A DNA stretch of 64,000 bases from the NCBI RefSeq assembly GCF_052425735.1, contig NC_135758.1:4154001-4218000 (forward strand). The letters run 5' to 3'. Numbering within the stretch: position 1 is the stretch's first letter; every line of letters begins with the position of its first letter. The notes under the pieces are model-generated. The model did not search any database, was not told the origin of the DNA, and saw only the letters and a program-made list of their open reading frames with translations. The stretch comes from Oculina patagonica. Taxonomy: Eukaryota. This document shows, in pieces, positions 61,089 through 64,000 of the stretch. Both the position numbers and the translations under genes were made by a program.

Positions 61089-64000
61089 CACTATGAAGTT
61101 AAAACCCATGAAAAACCACTGAGTTTTTTCATGGAAAATTCATGGCTTTTTCATACGTTTTTCAGGAGATTTTAATGGTTGAATTTTCATGGGTTTTTCA
61201 TTGAAAATAACCATGAATACTACATGAAAATCTCATGAGAAACCCATGAAAATCCCCTTAATATTCAACGTTTCAGGACCCATGAAAAAACTCTAATGAA
61301 CAAAATACCCATGAAAATGCCATGAAACAAAATGGAGCCCACCATGGTTTTTTAATGGCTTTTTAATGATGATGAAAAACCCATGAATCAAAAAGCTCAT
61401 TTTTCATGGTGTTGGAATTAATGGGGTTTTCAGGATGGCATTAAATTCATGCCCCATGAAAAACCCATTGTTTTCCCGTGAACGGTAGAATATTAATGAG
61501 TCATGAAAAAAGTAATGGCTTTTGATGACATTTTCACTACCCATGAATTTGGCCCCTCACTTGCTTTTCATGAGGCAGACAAAGACATTACCACCATGAA
61601 AAATTAGTCTTAAACTGCTTTTCCAAAGTTGAATCAAGTACATGTACAATGTACTGTACATGTGATTCTGGTGGTTGTTAAAATGAAAATGGAAATCATA
61701 ATAATTTATCAACGTAATGAAAAAAAGAAAACATACAAAAACTTACCAAATTGGTGAGATCATACATTTGCTGAAGTGTAAATGTATAATAGATGTAGAA
61801 ATAGATGTACAGTCTTCATTTCATTATCACATACTGTAGCTTCCATTCACTTGAGCAAGCTCAGGTTTTCCAAACAAGCAAACATCTTCAGAAGTAACAC
61901 AGGTTACTTGCAATTGGCTGCTCATTGTCAGATACTCTTGTCATGATGATTTTGTTGCAAAAAGCAAGTTAACTTGTTACAGTCACCTCTTTTAATTAGT
62001 TTCTGATGCCTACTGCAAAATTAAATTAAATGCCTGCCAAAGTAAGACGACACGTTTTTTGCCTCTTTATTCCAAAATTATTAGAATAAATCCACTTAAC
62101 CAAACAATTTTCATTTTTCAACATTGATACAAAATAAATCATAGCATCATCTAGGTATTGTAATTTTGATTAGTTTTAGAAATTAAAATTACATTTGATT
62201 AATTTTTGCCTCTTAAAATAACACAGGAAGGATGATTCGGGGACAACAATTAGTGGTTACAACTGCTGGCCTGCAATATTTTTTTGACACTTGAAAAAAT
62301 TATTATTATATTATTAATTATTATTATTGAAAAATTTGAAAAATTCCCTCATGGTACATCTGCAAAAAAGTAAAAACAACAGTACATGTATATTAGTATT
62401 GACGACAAACTTAAATCTGTACATTAAATCTGTAAACCCCTAGGTAACTAAGTCCTCAGTTTTATTAACATTTATTCACCAAAGTGGGGGTGAATAGTGG
62501 TGGATATTTACCTCGCCCCGCGGTAAATATCCACCACATTGACCGACCCTGAGGTGAATAATAAGTATACATGTATACCACGCAAGTTGAATAACTAGAG
62601 GACTAAAACATCACTTTTAGTAAACAAAGCGATGCGCAAAGGTGTGAATATACACTGTACATTGTATAGTACTGGTACTTTGCTAATTAACCAATCAGCA
62701 CACGCAAAAAGCACTATTCACTTGTGTGGTACATGACAGTACATGTATATATACTAACAAAAGATATTTTCCACACCAGTTACAGGGATGTAGCTAAGGA
62801 AAAACTAAGCCAACGTATGAATGTGGTCACTCACTTGAACACATACAGACCGATTGTACTTTTTAAGATCTGGCAAAAATGGCATGGCTCACAAAAGTAC
62901 CAAATATTCTATTTAAAGAACACAAACAAAATAATAACTGTGCAATAAAATGCACTACAGTTTATAAATGTAAGCTTGATGCAGTGACTGCAGTGCCACT
63001 CCTAGTTAAAATAACTGAGGGCCTTCTGTGTAAGAATTTTTAAAATGCAGCCTTCACTTCAGAGCAGATTTCAATCTGAACAGAAATGACAAAAAGCTGA
63101 CTTCATTCACCCATTCAAGTACAGAGCTGCCATTTTGAAATAGAACTGTTGATCAATTGGACTTTTAATCTTGACTTTGGAATAACTACATTTAGTGTTG
63201 TTTGCTTCGCCATTCAATAAAAATTTTCAAAAAATTTTCTGTAATGTGGTTGATAAAGTTTTCATGTGACAATAAAATATTATTCATGGTCCACTCAGGC
63301 TACAATCCAGACTGGATTAGCTTCTGTTAATGTCTGATTGTTTTGGAACCAGTCTGGTAGGGATCCAAAACTGGACCCGCAAAATACCATGTCCAGTTTA
63401 ATTTGGATCCATTCCAGACTGGTTCCAAAATAGTCTGATGTAAAGGCTTATCCAGTCTGTTATTTTGACCCAAATCTTTTGGAACTGGTCCCTTGTATAC
63501 CCCAGTTAAGTAGGCTACTATCTAAATACAGAAAGCTTACTACTGTATGACAGTCTGGCTTCATGTGCATGTACAGTACATGCATTTATCCCATGCTTTG
63601 AAGATTACAGCCAAACCAAAACCTAAGCCCCTAGTTTGCTGTTTTTTTTAAACCAGCTCAGTTTAGATTTTTGGAGGAAATTTCTGAATATGAATGAACA
63701 ATTAAATTGAATCAATCTCTCGAATCCGACATTCAAAATATTAAATCTTTGGAAAAAACCTGATACATGTTATGTACTAGAGATGAAAAACATTGTGCAG
63801 ACATCATGGAATTTGCCAAGCAGCGAACAAAACCCAGGAACGCATAAGTAAACAGCTGTACATTGCGACCATTCTCACATCCAAACACAGGCAGACAAGT
63901 CTCTGTGTTTGAGGTGGCATGACGTAAGCGTCACGTTATGCACTATTTGATCCCATACATTACAATCACTGTAATTTGTAACAATTGACCTCGGCTTGAG
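61089..64000. mobile_element. CACTA/EnSpm-like transposon left end (right end not seen in window)
   Basis: The insertion starts CACTATG exactly where TPR-CHAT homology stops, followed by ~500 bp of CCCATGAAAA subterminal repeats in both orientations. The extent beyond ~61600 is uncertain. Confidence 0.6.

Overview
AT-rich eukaryotic genomic DNA with spliceosomal introns and many transposons. The repeat families look cnidarian, probably a stony coral, but that is inferred rather than shown. The backbone is a head-to-tail (+ strand) tandem cluster of four TPR-CHAT (TTC28-like) genes. Each has a single coding exon: a hydrophobic N-terminus, then a variable number of 120-nt/40-aa TPR units with hypervariable positions, then a caspase-like CHAT protease domain. 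The His/Cys dyad is visible in copies A-C. Copy A (17035-20895) is intact with 17 units. Copy B has lost almost the whole array. Copies C and D carry stops or frameshifts, and D is cut by a CACTA-type insertion before its catalytic core. The spacers hold a near-intact L2/CR1-group LINE, a full-length BEL/Pao LTR retrotransposon with a Harbinger-type MITE in gag, and an apparently intact TTAA-flanked Kolobok-type DNA transposon. That transposon encodes a 9-exon THAP-DDE transposase and a convergent P2X7-ballast/nanor-like Cys-rich protein. There is also a tRNA-derived SINE, Penelope/RTE/L2 fragments and many MITEs. The strongest candidate for a new system is the diversifying TPR-sensor/CHAT-protease array, a putative innate-immune receptor family. 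The second candidate is the transposon-borne P2X7 ballast domain.
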